Assembly: GCA_024638815.1 (NCBI GenBank)
Contig: JAHEJM010000007.1
Location: forward strand, 12,961 to 76,960
Length of the DNA: 64,000 nt
From: Acidimicrobiales bacterium
GTDB taxonomy: Bacteria; Actinomycetota; Acidimicrobiia; Acidimicrobiales; SZUA-35
Reading direction: 5' to 3'
In this document: piece by piece, positions 1 through 8,551 of the stretch
How the letters are laid out: the number at the start of each line of letters is the position of its first letter
Position numbering within the stretch: position 1 is the first letter of the stretch
Made by a program: the position numbers and the translations under genes
The notes under the pieces: model-generated
What the model was told of the DNA's origin: nothing
What the model saw: the letters and a program-made list of their open reading frames with translations, nothing else
Databases searched by the model: none

Positions 1-395
1 GAGGTCCGGAACAGTGGCGATCGTTCGCCGACGATCTGGCCACACTCGCACCTCGTTTCGGGGCCACGGTGGCCAACGAGCTACTGGCTTGCGTCCACTG
101 GCCGAGCACCGGCCTCGACCGCCCGGCACCAATCGAAGCCGCCGGCGCCGGGCCCATTCTGGTCATCGGCACCACAGGCGATCCGGCAACCCCGCTGATC
201 GGCGCCCAACAGGTCGCCGAAACCCTCGATTCGGCCCGTTTGGTCGTGGTCGAAGGGTTCCATCACACCGCCATCGGCTACAACTCCTGTGTGGCCGAGA
301 TCGTGCGGCGGTACCTGATCGATTCGACCCTGCCGGCCCCGAACACCCGGTGTTCGCAGGACGGTGAAGAACTCCTCGACGACAGCACCGGCTGA
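1..395 (+). CDS. alpha/beta hydrolase, C-terminal fragment (TAP-like / tripeptidyl-aminopeptidase-type C-terminal domain); 5' end lies outside the window
   Basis: Frame 3 is open from base 3 to the stop at 395. The translation ...PILVIGTTGDPATPLIGAQQVAETLDSARLVVVEGFHHTA... matches the GD.D..TP ... G.GH tail typical of TAP-type alpha/beta hydrolases. Confidence 0.6.
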   Translation, partial: GPEQWRSFADDLATLAPRFGATVANELLACVHWPSTGLDRPAPIEAAGAGPILVIGTTGDPATPLIGAQQVAETLDSARLVVVEGFHHTAIGYNSCVAEIVRRYLIDSTLPAPNTRCSQDGEELLDDSTG

Positions 396-478
396 ACGAG
401 CGAACGGTCGAGTGAGCGGACTCGATCGGTGACGGAGGCCGGCGAACGATTCCCCACCGACGCCTCTACCGTGTAGCC

Positions 479-1183
479 ATGACCTCGTTGTCCGATGATC
501 GTCTCCCCCAGGGCGATGACAAGCGCACGGCGGTGCGCTCCATGTTCGATACCATCGCCCCTCGCTACGACTTGATGAACCGCCTCATGACGTTCCGTAT
601 GGACGTCGGCTGGCGCAGGACGACACAGAACGCTCTGGCGTTGGAACCGGGATCGGTGGTGCTCGATTTGGCCTGTGGCACGGGCGATTTCTGCATGGAG
701 CTGGCTCGAGCCGGGCATCGGCCCATCGGTGTGGACCTGTCGTTCGGCATGCTGTCGGCGGCCCGGACCGACAGTCCCCTCGTTCAAGGTGATCTGCTCC
801 AGCTCCCGGTGGCCGACCAATCGGTCGATGCCGCGGTCTGCGGTTTCGCCCTGCGAAACCTGGTGGAACTCGACCCGTTCTTCGTCGAACTCCACCGCGT
901 CGTTCGGCCCGGCGGTCGCATTGCCCTGCTCGATGTGTCCCAGCCCGACAATCGTGTCATGGCCTGGGGCCACGGCGTCTATTTCAACCGGGTGGTTCCC
1001 AAAATCGGCGGTTTGCTCTCGGACCGGGCGGCCTACGCCTATCTACCGAGATCCGTCTCGTATCTTCCGGAGCCTTCGGTCATGATGGCCAAGCTGGAGC
1101 AGGTCGGTCTGTCGTCACCTCGGCGCCGGCAGCTCAGCGGCGGCATCGCCCAACTGCTGACCGCCGTCCGGCCTCCGGACTAG
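479..1183 (+). CDS. menG: demethylmenaquinone / ubiquinone-menaquinone C-methyltransferase (UbiE/MenG family, class I SAM-dependent)
   Basis: The N-terminus has VRSMFDTIAPRYDLMNRLMTFRMDVGWRR, the UbiE signature F..vA..YD.mN...S.G....WR. The SAM motif I VLDLACGTGD is present. Length is 234 aa. Confidence 0.85.
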   Translation: MTSLSDDRLPQGDDKRTAVRSMFDTIAPRYDLMNRLMTFRMDVGWRRTTQNALALEPGSVVLDLACGTGDFCMELARAGHRPIGVDLSFGMLSAARTDSPLVQGDLLQLPVADQSVDAAVCGFALRNLVELDPFFVELHRVVRPGGRIALLDVSQPDNRVMAWGHGVYFNRVVPKIGGLLSDRAAYAYLPRSVSYLPEPSVMMAKLEQVGLSSPRRRQLSGGIAQLLTAVRPPD

Positions 1184-1267
1184 CTGCTTTGGCGTGAGAT
1201 CTGTCCCTCCACCGGCCACGGCCCGCGGTTCGGTTCAAGACCGGCGCCGCCGGTCCGATGGAAACCT

Positions 1268-2593
1268 GTGGCCGAGCCTCACCGCCCCCATGGGCAGACC
1301 GTTCTACCGGTCGATCGGCGCAGCTCCGTGCAAAATCGGCCGGCGGCCGACACACCGGCGCCACCGGACTCCGATCCGGCACTCACTGACGATCGGGCTC
1401 GATACGGCCGATCGGCCCGACGGGAGCGACGGCGCCGTCCGAAACCGGCGGTGTCGGTGGTGGTTCCCACCTACAACGAGGCCGACAACATACCCATTCT
1501 CGTCCGTCGGCTTCGCACCGACCTGGCCGATCTCGACTACGAGATCATCATCGTCGACGACGACTCACCCGATCGAACCTGGCAGGTGGCCCAGGACACG
1601 GTCGCCGACGACCCTCGGTTCCAGGTCGTCCGGCGGCGCAGCGAGCGAGGCCTGTCATCGGCGGTTCTGACGGGGATGGGCATCGCCGACGGTTCGATTC
1701 TGGTCGTCATGGACGCCGACCTTCAACACGACACGGCGACAATTCCCCTGCTCGTGTCGACCATGATGGACAATGATCTCGATATCTGTGTGGCCTCCCG
1801 GGAGGCCACCGGCGGTAGCTACGGAAGCTTTGGTCGCCGACGCCGCCTGATGTCCTGGCTTGGCGCCACCGTGGCCCGGCTGGCAATACGGGTCCCCCTG
1901 TCCGATCCCATGAGTGGCTTCTTCGCCGTCTCCCGCCACCGGTACCAGACTGTCGAGGACGAGCTCAACCCTCTCGGCTTCAAGATCCTGTTGGAGTTCA
2001 TGGTTCGTGGACCACGACCCAAGGTGGACGAGGTCGGCTACCGGTTCCGGCAACGGCTCCATGGTGCCACCAAGCTCTCGAGTCGGGTGGCTGTCGACTA
2101 CCTTCGGGCGGTCGCAGAACTGGCCGTAGGCCGTCACGGTTCGGCCACCGCCCTCGTCTACGGGGTGGTCGTGGCGGTCACCCTCGTGCTCCAGGCGCTG
2201 TCATCATGGTTGGCTCATGGGGTGGCCGGCCGCTCGATCGCAACTGGACTCGGTTTGGAACTGGCGGCGCTGGCCGCCTACTGCGGCCACAATACCTTCA
2301 CCTTTCCCGGCGGTCATCACCACGGCCTCGCTCATCGAGTCGGACTGGCGCGCTTCCACGCCATTGCCTGCTACGGCTGGGTAGTTCACGGCTCGGTGGC
2401 CGCCCTGATGGCACCGCCGTCCTCTCTCGGGCCGAACCCGGATGGACCGATAGCCGTACTCCTGCAGAGTTTGGAGCCGACCGTCGAGGCGGCCTACATC
2501 ATCGGTCTGTTGGCGGGTTCGCTGGCCACCTACAACCTGTACCGGCATCTGGTGTGGGGCTCGGCGGCCGGCGTCAAAGCAGGCGAGCGATGA
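1268..2593 (+). CDS. family-2 glycosyltransferase of the polyprenol-phosphate mannose/glucose synthase (Dpm1/Ppm1-like) type, fused to a C-terminal GtrA-like multi-TM domain
   Basis: The GT2 core is VSVVVPTYNEADNIPILV...YEIIIVDDDSPDRT...VVMDADLQHD (DxD). The last ~150 aa are hydrophobic helices. The first ~60 aa are Arg/Pro-rich, so the true start may be the in-frame GTG at ~1451 (giving MSVVVPTYNE). Confidence 0.75.
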   Translation: MAEPHRPHGQTVLPVDRRSSVQNRPAADTPAPPDSDPALTDDRARYGRSARRERRRRPKPAVSVVVPTYNEADNIPILVRRLRTDLADLDYEIIIVDDDSPDRTWQVAQDTVADDPRFQVVRRRSERGLSSAVLTGMGIADGSILVVMDADLQHDTATIPLLVSTMMDNDLDICVASREATGGSYGSFGRRRRLMSWLGATVARLAIRVPLSDPMSGFFAVSRHRYQTVEDELNPLGFKILLEFMVRGPRPKVDEVGYRFRQRLHGATKLSSRVAVDYLRAVAELAVGRHGSATALVYGVVVAVTLVLQALSSWLAHGVAGRSIATGLGLELAALAAYCGHNTFTFPGGHHHGLAHRVGLARFHAIACYGWVVHGSVAALMAPPSSLGPNPDGPIAVLLQSLEPTVEAAYIIGLLAGSLATYNLYRHLVWGSAAGVKAGER

Positions 2594-3116
2594 CCGTGGT
2601 CAGGAGTTCGTCGATCTGGTCCACGGCCCGACGGTAACCCTTCATTCGACCGCCGTACGGATCCGCGACATCCCACTGACGGGACAGGTAGTCGACCGGT
2701 TCACGATCCACGTTGACCGCAGCCACCAGCCGAGCCATGGTGACGGTCTCCCCATCAATCCGCTCGATCACGTTGGCCGCCTTGCGAATTGGGATGATCT
2801 TGGGAAAGGCCGAAGGGACCAGTGTGGTGGCCTGGCGGACGTGTTCGCCCTCCATGGTCAACACGAGGTCGGCGGCCCGAACACTGGCGTCGTCCATGCG
2901 GTAGCTCCGATGGTGGGAAGCATCGACACCGTAGTCGGCCAGGACAGCCGAAAGCTGATCGGGGACCCGGTGGCCCGGCATCAGAAAGCCGGCCGAGCGG
3001 AACACCATCTGAGCCTCTCCGAATCGATGGCGGGCCAGGAGTTCGGCCGTGGGACTTCGACAGATGTTCGCGGTGCAGACGAAGAGCACCCGGGTGCGCT
3101 TGTCAGGAGCGCTCAA
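2574..3116 (-). CDS. low-molecular-weight protein-tyrosine phosphatase (Wzb-like)
   Basis: The CX5R(S/T) P-loop is VLFVCTANICRSPTAE and the DP motif is WDVADPYGG. Length is 180 aa. The start overlaps the stop of the upstream sugar transferase (3113-3116). Confidence 0.85.
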   Translation of the reverse strand: MSAPDKRTRVLFVCTANICRSPTAELLARHRFGEAQMVFRSAGFLMPGHRVPDQLSAVLADYGVDASHHRSYRMDDASVRAADLVLTMEGEHVRQATTLVPSAFPKIIPIRKAANVIERIDGETVTMARLVAAVNVDREPVDYLSRQWDVADPYGGRMKGYRRAVDQIDELLTTVIARLL

Positions 3117-3808
3117 CTGCTCCGTCTGACCAGCACCCCGGCGGTTCGGGCCAGAATGGCCAGATCCTTACCGAACCGGACATCGGCCACATAGGCGATG
3201 TCCAGATGGAGGCCGGCGGCAATCCGGTTTCGGGCCCGAAGCGGCGAGACCTGGAAGCTGCCGGTGATACCGGGACGCTCGCGGTGTCGGGGATGCTTCA
3301 AGAATCCTTCTTCGCTCGCCACCCTCACCAGCTCGGGCCGGGGACCGACCAGGCTCATGTCGCCCTTCAGCACATTCACCAGTTGGGGAAGTTCATCGAG
3401 GCTACGGGCTCGGATGAACCGCCCGAACCGGGTATGGCGGGGGTCATGGTCCGACTTGTGGACCTGCCGACGTTCCCGGCCGACGTAGGGCTGCCGGCGA
3501 CACCGGCGATCAGGAAGCATCGATCGGAACTTGTAGATCTGGAACGGGACTCCGTCCCTACCCACCCGATGCTGCCGGTAGATGACGCCACCCGGGCCCA
3601 GGTTCAAGCGAACGAGTACAGCCAGAGTGAAGAACACGGGGCTGAGTAACAAGAGACTGGTGGCGGCGATGACCACGTCCAGCGCCCGCTTGCCGTAGCG
3701 GCTGTATCTGGTTGGGTTACGAAGTAAGACTGTGGGGGCTACGACGATGTCCCGGTGGTCCAGGCGTTCGTCTTTCCTCAGCTTGACTTCTACGTTGGCC
3801 ACAATCAC
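3113..3808 (-). CDS. small (single-domain) polyprenyl-phosphate phosphoglycosyl transferase (bacterial sugar transferase, EpsL/WbaP C-terminal type)
   Basis: KRALDVVIAATSLLLLSPVFF (TM helix) ... YRQHRVGRDGVPFQIYKFRSM ... DELPQLVNVLKGDMSLVGPRP ... PGITG are the hallmark Bac_transf motifs. Confidence 0.85.
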   Translation of the reverse strand: MIVANVEVKLRKDERLDHRDIVVAPTVLLRNPTRYSRYGKRALDVVIAATSLLLLSPVFFTLAVLVRLNLGPGGVIYRQHRVGRDGVPFQIYKFRSMLPDRRCRRQPYVGRERRQVHKSDHDPRHTRFGRFIRARSLDELPQLVNVLKGDMSLVGPRPELVRVASEEGFLKHPRHRERPGITGSFQVSPLRARNRIAAGLHLDIAYVADVRFGKDLAILARTAGVLVRRSS

Positions 3809-4292
3809 CTACCCTCTGCGGCGTCCTTCGGAACCTCAGTTGGCAAATCTCGCCTAGCCAGGAACACACCCACAACTCGTCGGCTCAACACCAAGCGTGC
3901 TGCGTCATACCCCTACGTCTCTGCCGAAGGTGGAGCGTATACCAAATGAAACATTGAGACATCCATGCTGTGAGAAAAACGACCCGGCCGACCCCGGTCG
4001 ATCGGATCACCTCCGGCTGGTCAATGTCACATCGTGGCGGGACGGGCCGGCCGCACACGGCCCAAAAGCCCCCAGAACTAGCGGTGTTTGCCGGTCCCAT
4101 GGCCACCGCTCGACCACGACACCGGGGGGTGCCGTCAGCCGCCCGCATCGCTGATAGGCATTTGTACCCAGACCCCTCCCGATCGGCGGCCGCCGCTTCT
4201 CGTCCCGGCCCAAGTCCCTGCCGCCCAACGGCGCTACCGCCCGACCGATCAGCTGCCCTGACCAGTCGCCGACGCAGTAGCCTGAGGCCCCG

Positions 4293-5210
4293 ATGTCCAC
4301 CGTGTCCATTGCCGTGCTGACGTTCCGGCGACCAGGCGAGGTCACTCGTTGTCTGGAGTCGATCGCCCGTTCATTGACGGTTCCGCTCCCTGCACCGTGG
4401 CAGTTGGTCGAAGTCCTGATCATCGACAACGACCCTGATGGATCGGCCCGGGACGTGGTGACGAGGCCGGAGGCAGGCCACGGCCTGCCGCCTGTGCGCT
4501 ATGTGCACGAGGCTCGGGGCGGAGTGGCGCCGGCCCGCAACCGCGCCCTCGACGAGGCTCGAGGATCCACGCTGGTCTTCATCGACGACGATGAGGTGGC
4601 CGATCCCGGGTGGCCTCACGGAATCCTGGAGACCATGGCACAAACCGGGGCGGCCATGGTCGGCGGACCGGTACTCACCCGATTCACGGTGGAGCCTCCG
4701 GGCTGGATCACCGACGGCGGGTTCTTCGACCGGGAGGACCGGGCCCATCGCAGCCGACCTCACTGGTTACGATCGGGCAACGTCGCCATCGATCTCGACC
4801 AGATTCGATCGGTCGACCTCCGGTTCGATCCAAGATATCGCCACGGTGAGGACGCCGCGTTCTCAATGGAAGGGGCGAAGAATGGTCTCGATCTGCGTTG
4901 GTCAGCCCACGGTTCGGTGACCGAATTCGTCGGCCCGGAGCGACTCTCGATGCGCTGGCGGATGCAACGGGAACGGATCTCGCACCGAGCATGGGCCACC
5001 ACGACCCTGGACCTTCAGCACTCCATCCCGGCCGCGGTCAAGATCCTTGTCCGGGGCGTACAACTACTGCTTCGCGGCGTCATCCGGGTGGTGGGGGGAT
5101 TGGCCACCGGCCGAACCCACCTGACCGTGGCCGGGCTGAGCGATGGAGCCGCCCTGGTGGGCAGGGTCGAGGCGGTCATCGACCATGTCCGATCACCCCG
5201 GGCGAGCTGA
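4293..5210 (+). CDS. family-2 glycosyltransferase
   Basis: The N-terminus VSIAVLTFRRPGEV ... VLIIDNDPDGSA ... VFIDDDEV (DxD) indicates a GT-A fold. Length is 305 aa. Confidence 0.75.
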   Translation: MSTVSIAVLTFRRPGEVTRCLESIARSLTVPLPAPWQLVEVLIIDNDPDGSARDVVTRPEAGHGLPPVRYVHEARGGVAPARNRALDEARGSTLVFIDDDEVADPGWPHGILETMAQTGAAMVGGPVLTRFTVEPPGWITDGGFFDREDRAHRSRPHWLRSGNVAIDLDQIRSVDLRFDPRYRHGEDAAFSMEGAKNGLDLRWSAHGSVTEFVGPERLSMRWRMQRERISHRAWATTTLDLQHSIPAAVKILVRGVQLLLRGVIRVVGGLATGRTHLTVAGLSDGAALVGRVEAVIDHVRSPRAS

Positions 5211-5471
5211 CCCGAACTCTCGGCCCCCGGTCGGAGCATGGGGTGATCGACGCGATGATTCGGACACCGAACCTGGACCGCCGGTCGACCGTCACGCGCT
5301 GATCGGTCAAGCCCACGAATAGCCGATTCGTTGGCGTGCCCCGGTATCACATCCAGTAGGATGTTTCAGATCGGTCACGCCGATGCGGCGAGCGCAGCTA
5401 CCGTCGCCATGCCGACACCTGACGGACCGGGCGAGTAGCCGAGGACGAGCTAAGGACATCTGACGTCAACC

Positions 5472-7109
5472 ATGATGTACCAAAGCAATCAGTACATTCC
5501 CGAGGCTGCACGGCTCGAGGACTACTTGCAGGCCATTCGTCTTCGGAAATGGCTTGTCCTGGCCTTGACCCTGCTCGGCCTCCTCGGGGCATTCCTCTTT
5601 GCCACCAGCCGGCAACCCACCTACACGGCGGAGACCACGGTCCTGCTTCGGGGATCGCCGAGCGAATCGCGGATTCCGGGGCAGGACGCTGCTCCAAACC
5701 TTGAGCGGGAGCGGGAAATCCTGCTGTCGAACGAGGTTGCGGAACGAGTGCTCGGCGCCCTGTCCATCGACGCCTCTCCGGAGGATCTGCGCACCAATCT
5801 CGAGGTCGAGTTCCGGCCCGACTCCGACGTTCTCAACGTCAACTACACGTCGTCGGCCGCCAATTCGGCGGCACTGACCGCGAACACCTTCGCCCAGGAG
5901 TACGTGAGCCTGCGCGAGGGTCAGGCAACAGCCTATCTCGGCTCACTCGCCGAGTCATTGACCACCGATATCGAGGAGCTTCAGACCGCGTTGGCCGACA
6001 ACTCGGCCCGCCTGGCCGAGCTCTGGGATGAACGGGGCGATGTGGTGGCGGCCGATGGCAACCCGGCCGATCTCGATGCCGCCATCGCTGTCGAGACCTC
6101 GAGCGCCTCGAGCCTGACCAATCAGCTGCGCAATGCCGAAGCCGAGCTGCGTTCAGTGGAGCAGAAACAGAACTCCCGCCTCCCGGCAGCGGAGATTCTG
6201 CGTGGCGCCACAGCCCCGGCCAGCCCCGATGGGATCGGATTGCCGATCCTCATGACCGCCGGTCTGCTGCTGGGGCTCATCGCCGGTGTGGTCGCCGCCT
6301 TCCTGCTCGAGCGACTGGACACGACGGCCCGGGACGACGAGGACGTGGCCGCCGCCCTCGGCACCAGCGTCATCGGCGCCGTTCCCACACTCGGCCTCGG
6401 CAGTCGGGTCGGTACCGGCAGCCTGATCATGTTGTCCTCCGGCGGCTCGGCCCGCTTCGCCGCGGCGCGCGAGGCCTTCCGCCGGCTCCGCAGCTCGGTT
6501 CAGTTCCTCAACTCATCGAGTGGGGTCAGCTCGATCATCGTCACCAGCTCCGCCCCGGCAGAGGGCAAGAGTCTGACCGCTGCCAATCTGGCCATCGCCC
6601 TGGCCCAGAACGGTTCCCGTGTGGTCATCGTCAGCGCCGATCTGCGTCGGCCCACCCTGGAGCGGATGTTCGCCATGGAGGCGGCCCGGCACGGGCTGTC
6701 GGATTATCTGGCTCACGCCGCCGAGCTCAACGCCGAGAAGGTGCCCGGGATCGACAACCTCTGGCTCATCCGCTCCGGTACCCCGCCCGACAATCCGGGT
6801 GAGCTGCTCAGCTCCGACCGGTTCGAGCAGATGATCAAGGAGTTGGAGCGGGAGAACGTGGAGTACATCGTGATCGACACCCCACCGGTACTGAGCACCG
6901 CCGACGCCCTGTCGGCGGCCCGCTTCGTGGACGGTGTGATCGTGGTCGTCGACACCGAACGGACGGAGACCGCCGATCTGCTCCAGGTCAAGACCGACCT
7001 TGAGCGCAGCGGTTCGAAGCTGCTTGGTGCGGTCATGAACCGCCAACGCTTCGAACGGGGCGGTCTCTTCCGGCGGGATCGCTACGCCTACCACCAGGCG
7101 ACCGGCTGA
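5472..7109 (+). CDS. polysaccharide co-polymerase / tyrosine autokinase (Wzz domain fused to BY-kinase domain, Wzc-like)
   Basis: An N-terminal TM helix and coiled-coil periplasmic-type region are followed by a second TM helix. The kinase domain has Walker A SSAPAEGKSLTAANLA, a Walker A'-like VVIVSADLRRP and Walker B YIVIDTPPV. The C-terminal tail ...RRDRYAYHQATG has two Tyr. Confidence 0.85.
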   Translation: MMYQSNQYIPEAARLEDYLQAIRLRKWLVLALTLLGLLGAFLFATSRQPTYTAETTVLLRGSPSESRIPGQDAAPNLEREREILLSNEVAERVLGALSIDASPEDLRTNLEVEFRPDSDVLNVNYTSSAANSAALTANTFAQEYVSLREGQATAYLGSLAESLTTDIEELQTALADNSARLAELWDERGDVVAADGNPADLDAAIAVETSSASSLTNQLRNAEAELRSVEQKQNSRLPAAEILRGATAPASPDGIGLPILMTAGLLLGLIAGVVAAFLLERLDTTARDDEDVAAALGTSVIGAVPTLGLGSRVGTGSLIMLSSGGSARFAAAREAFRRLRSSVQFLNSSSGVSSIIVTSSAPAEGKSLTAANLAIALAQNGSRVVIVSADLRRPTLERMFAMEAARHGLSDYLAHAAELNAEKVPGIDNLWLIRSGTPPDNPGELLSSDRFEQMIKELERENVEYIVIDTPPVLSTADALSAARFVDGVIVVVDTERTETADLLQVKTDLERSGSKLLGAVMNRQRFERGGLFRRDRYAYHQATG

Positions 7110-7117
7110 CGGTAGCG

Positions 7118-8551
7118 ATGACAGCCGGTGTGACCATGGCCAAAAGCTCGGTTCGGTATTCGACCACCCGGACGGCGGTGGCCCGACCCGGACCGGCTGA
7201 GCGGGCCCTGGTGATCCTCACCACCTTCGTGCTACTGCATCCGCTGCCCATCGCCTGGTTCCAGACCAAGACCCAGTTCGTCGAGCAGGAAGGCAACTTC
7301 ACCTTGCTCGCAGTCCAGCTGATGCTGATGCTGATGGCGGTGGCCCGAGTCGTCGGCGATCTGGACTGGTGGTTGCTGGCCTACCGGCTCGATCAGACCT
7401 TGTTCGCCTTTGTCGGTCTGGCCTTCGCCTCGTATTTCTGGTCGGCCGATCCGGGGGCAACCTTGCGCCAGGCCATCATGTTTGGTGCCGTCACGTTGTA
7501 CGGCGTGTATCTGGTGCTTCGCTTTCCCCTGGTCGAGATTCTGCAGTTGTTTGCGGTCATGTTCGTCATCAGTGCGATGGTCAACCTGGCGTTCGTGATC
7601 GCCATGCCGATCTACGCAATCGACAACGGACTGTGGGACGGCGTCTTCTTCCAGAAGAACGCCCTGGGGTTCTCGGCCCTGATCGGTGTACCGACCCTGA
7701 TCGTCGCCGGTCGAACCAACGCCCGGGCGAGATTCGTTTTCTACGGGACCGTCCCCGTGTTGTTCGTCCTGCTGCTGGGCTCACAGTCGAAGACCATGCT
7801 CGTGGCCACCTTGGCCTCGGTGCTGTTGTTGTTCATCTTCCGTCTCTTTCGGGGCCGCCGCACCCTTCGAGGGGCGGTACTGCTGAGCCTGGCCGCCATG
7901 TCGGTCTTCACCGCCGCCGTGGCCACCGCCAACATCGTCGTGCTGGCCGAATGGCTGGACAAGGACATCACCCTCACCGGGCGCATTCCGCTGTGGGAGA
8001 GCCTGATTCCACTCATTGTCGAGCGGCCCCTTACCGGCTGGGGCTACCGGGCCACCTTCGGTGACTATTTCAGCCCGGTGCACGAGGTGCTGGTCCAGGC
8101 CGACTGGAAACCGACTCACGCCCATAATGCTGTCCTGCAGATCTGGCTCGAGATGGGCGTTTTCGGTGTGATGCTGTTCGTGATCACCTTCGTTCGAGCC
8201 GTGGCCCGCGGCCTTCAGGTGGTAAACATCGTTCCCGGCATAGTCGGATTGTGGCCGCTCATGTTCCTGTCATCCACCTTGTTGATCTCCATCACCGAGT
8301 CCGGTATCAGCTATTCCCGGCCCGGCTGGCTCCTGTACGTCGTCGCCGTGCTGAGTGTGGCCCACGTGGTCCGAACGCCCCGCTCGGCACCGGCAGGCGG
8401 GACCGACGGCGACCGTGGATTCCGCGTCGGGGCCATGGCCGGAACCGACGGCGATATCAGCATTGTCCCGGCGTCGACGGTCACCGGCCCGGCCGGCCGG
8501 GGTGATACACCCGATCTCGGCGATCTACTGGATGCTCAACCACCCTCGTAG
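7118..8551 (+). CDS. O-antigen ligase / Wzy-like polysaccharide polymerase (multi-TM)
   Basis: A highly hydrophobic 477-aa protein with the Wzy_C-type motif TGWGYRATFGDYFS...HAHNAVLQIWLEMGVFGV. Confidence 0.75.
   Translation: MTAGVTMAKSSVRYSTTRTAVARPGPAERALVILTTFVLLHPLPIAWFQTKTQFVEQEGNFTLLAVQLMLMLMAVARVVGDLDWWLLAYRLDQTLFAFVGLAFASYFWSADPGATLRQAIMFGAVTLYGVYLVLRFPLVEILQLFAVMFVISAMVNLAFVIAMPIYAIDNGLWDGVFFQKNALGFSALIGVPTLIVAGRTNARARFVFYGTVPVLFVLLLGSQSKTMLVATLASVLLLFIFRLFRGRRTLRGAVLLSLAAMSVFTAAVATANIVVLAEWLDKDITLTGRIPLWESLIPLIVERPLTGWGYRATFGDYFSPVHEVLVQADWKPTHAHNAVLQIWLEMGVFGVMLFVITFVRAVARGLQVVNIVPGIVGLWPLMFLSSTLLISITESGISYSRPGWLLYVVAVLSVAHVVRTPRSAPAGGTDGDRGFRVGAMAGTDGDISIVPASTVTGPAGRGDTPDLGDLLDAQPPS

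Noticed and set aside
14-973. Overlapping ORFs 14-367 (+), 81-266 (-) and 278-973 (-) around the hydrolase and menG genes.
   Set aside because: They are extremely Arg/His/Pro-rich or antisense to the clearly recognisable UbiE/MenG and TAP-hydrolase frames. They have no motifs and are inconsistent with neighbouring gene boundaries.
3809-4292. A c-di-GMP (GEMM-I) or other riboswitch in the long intergenic region ahead of the EPS operon. I was prompted by a GGCAAA-containing segment near 3841.
   Set aside because: Only one half-motif is present. The second conserved ACGCAAAGC-type element and the paired P1/P2 architecture are not visible.
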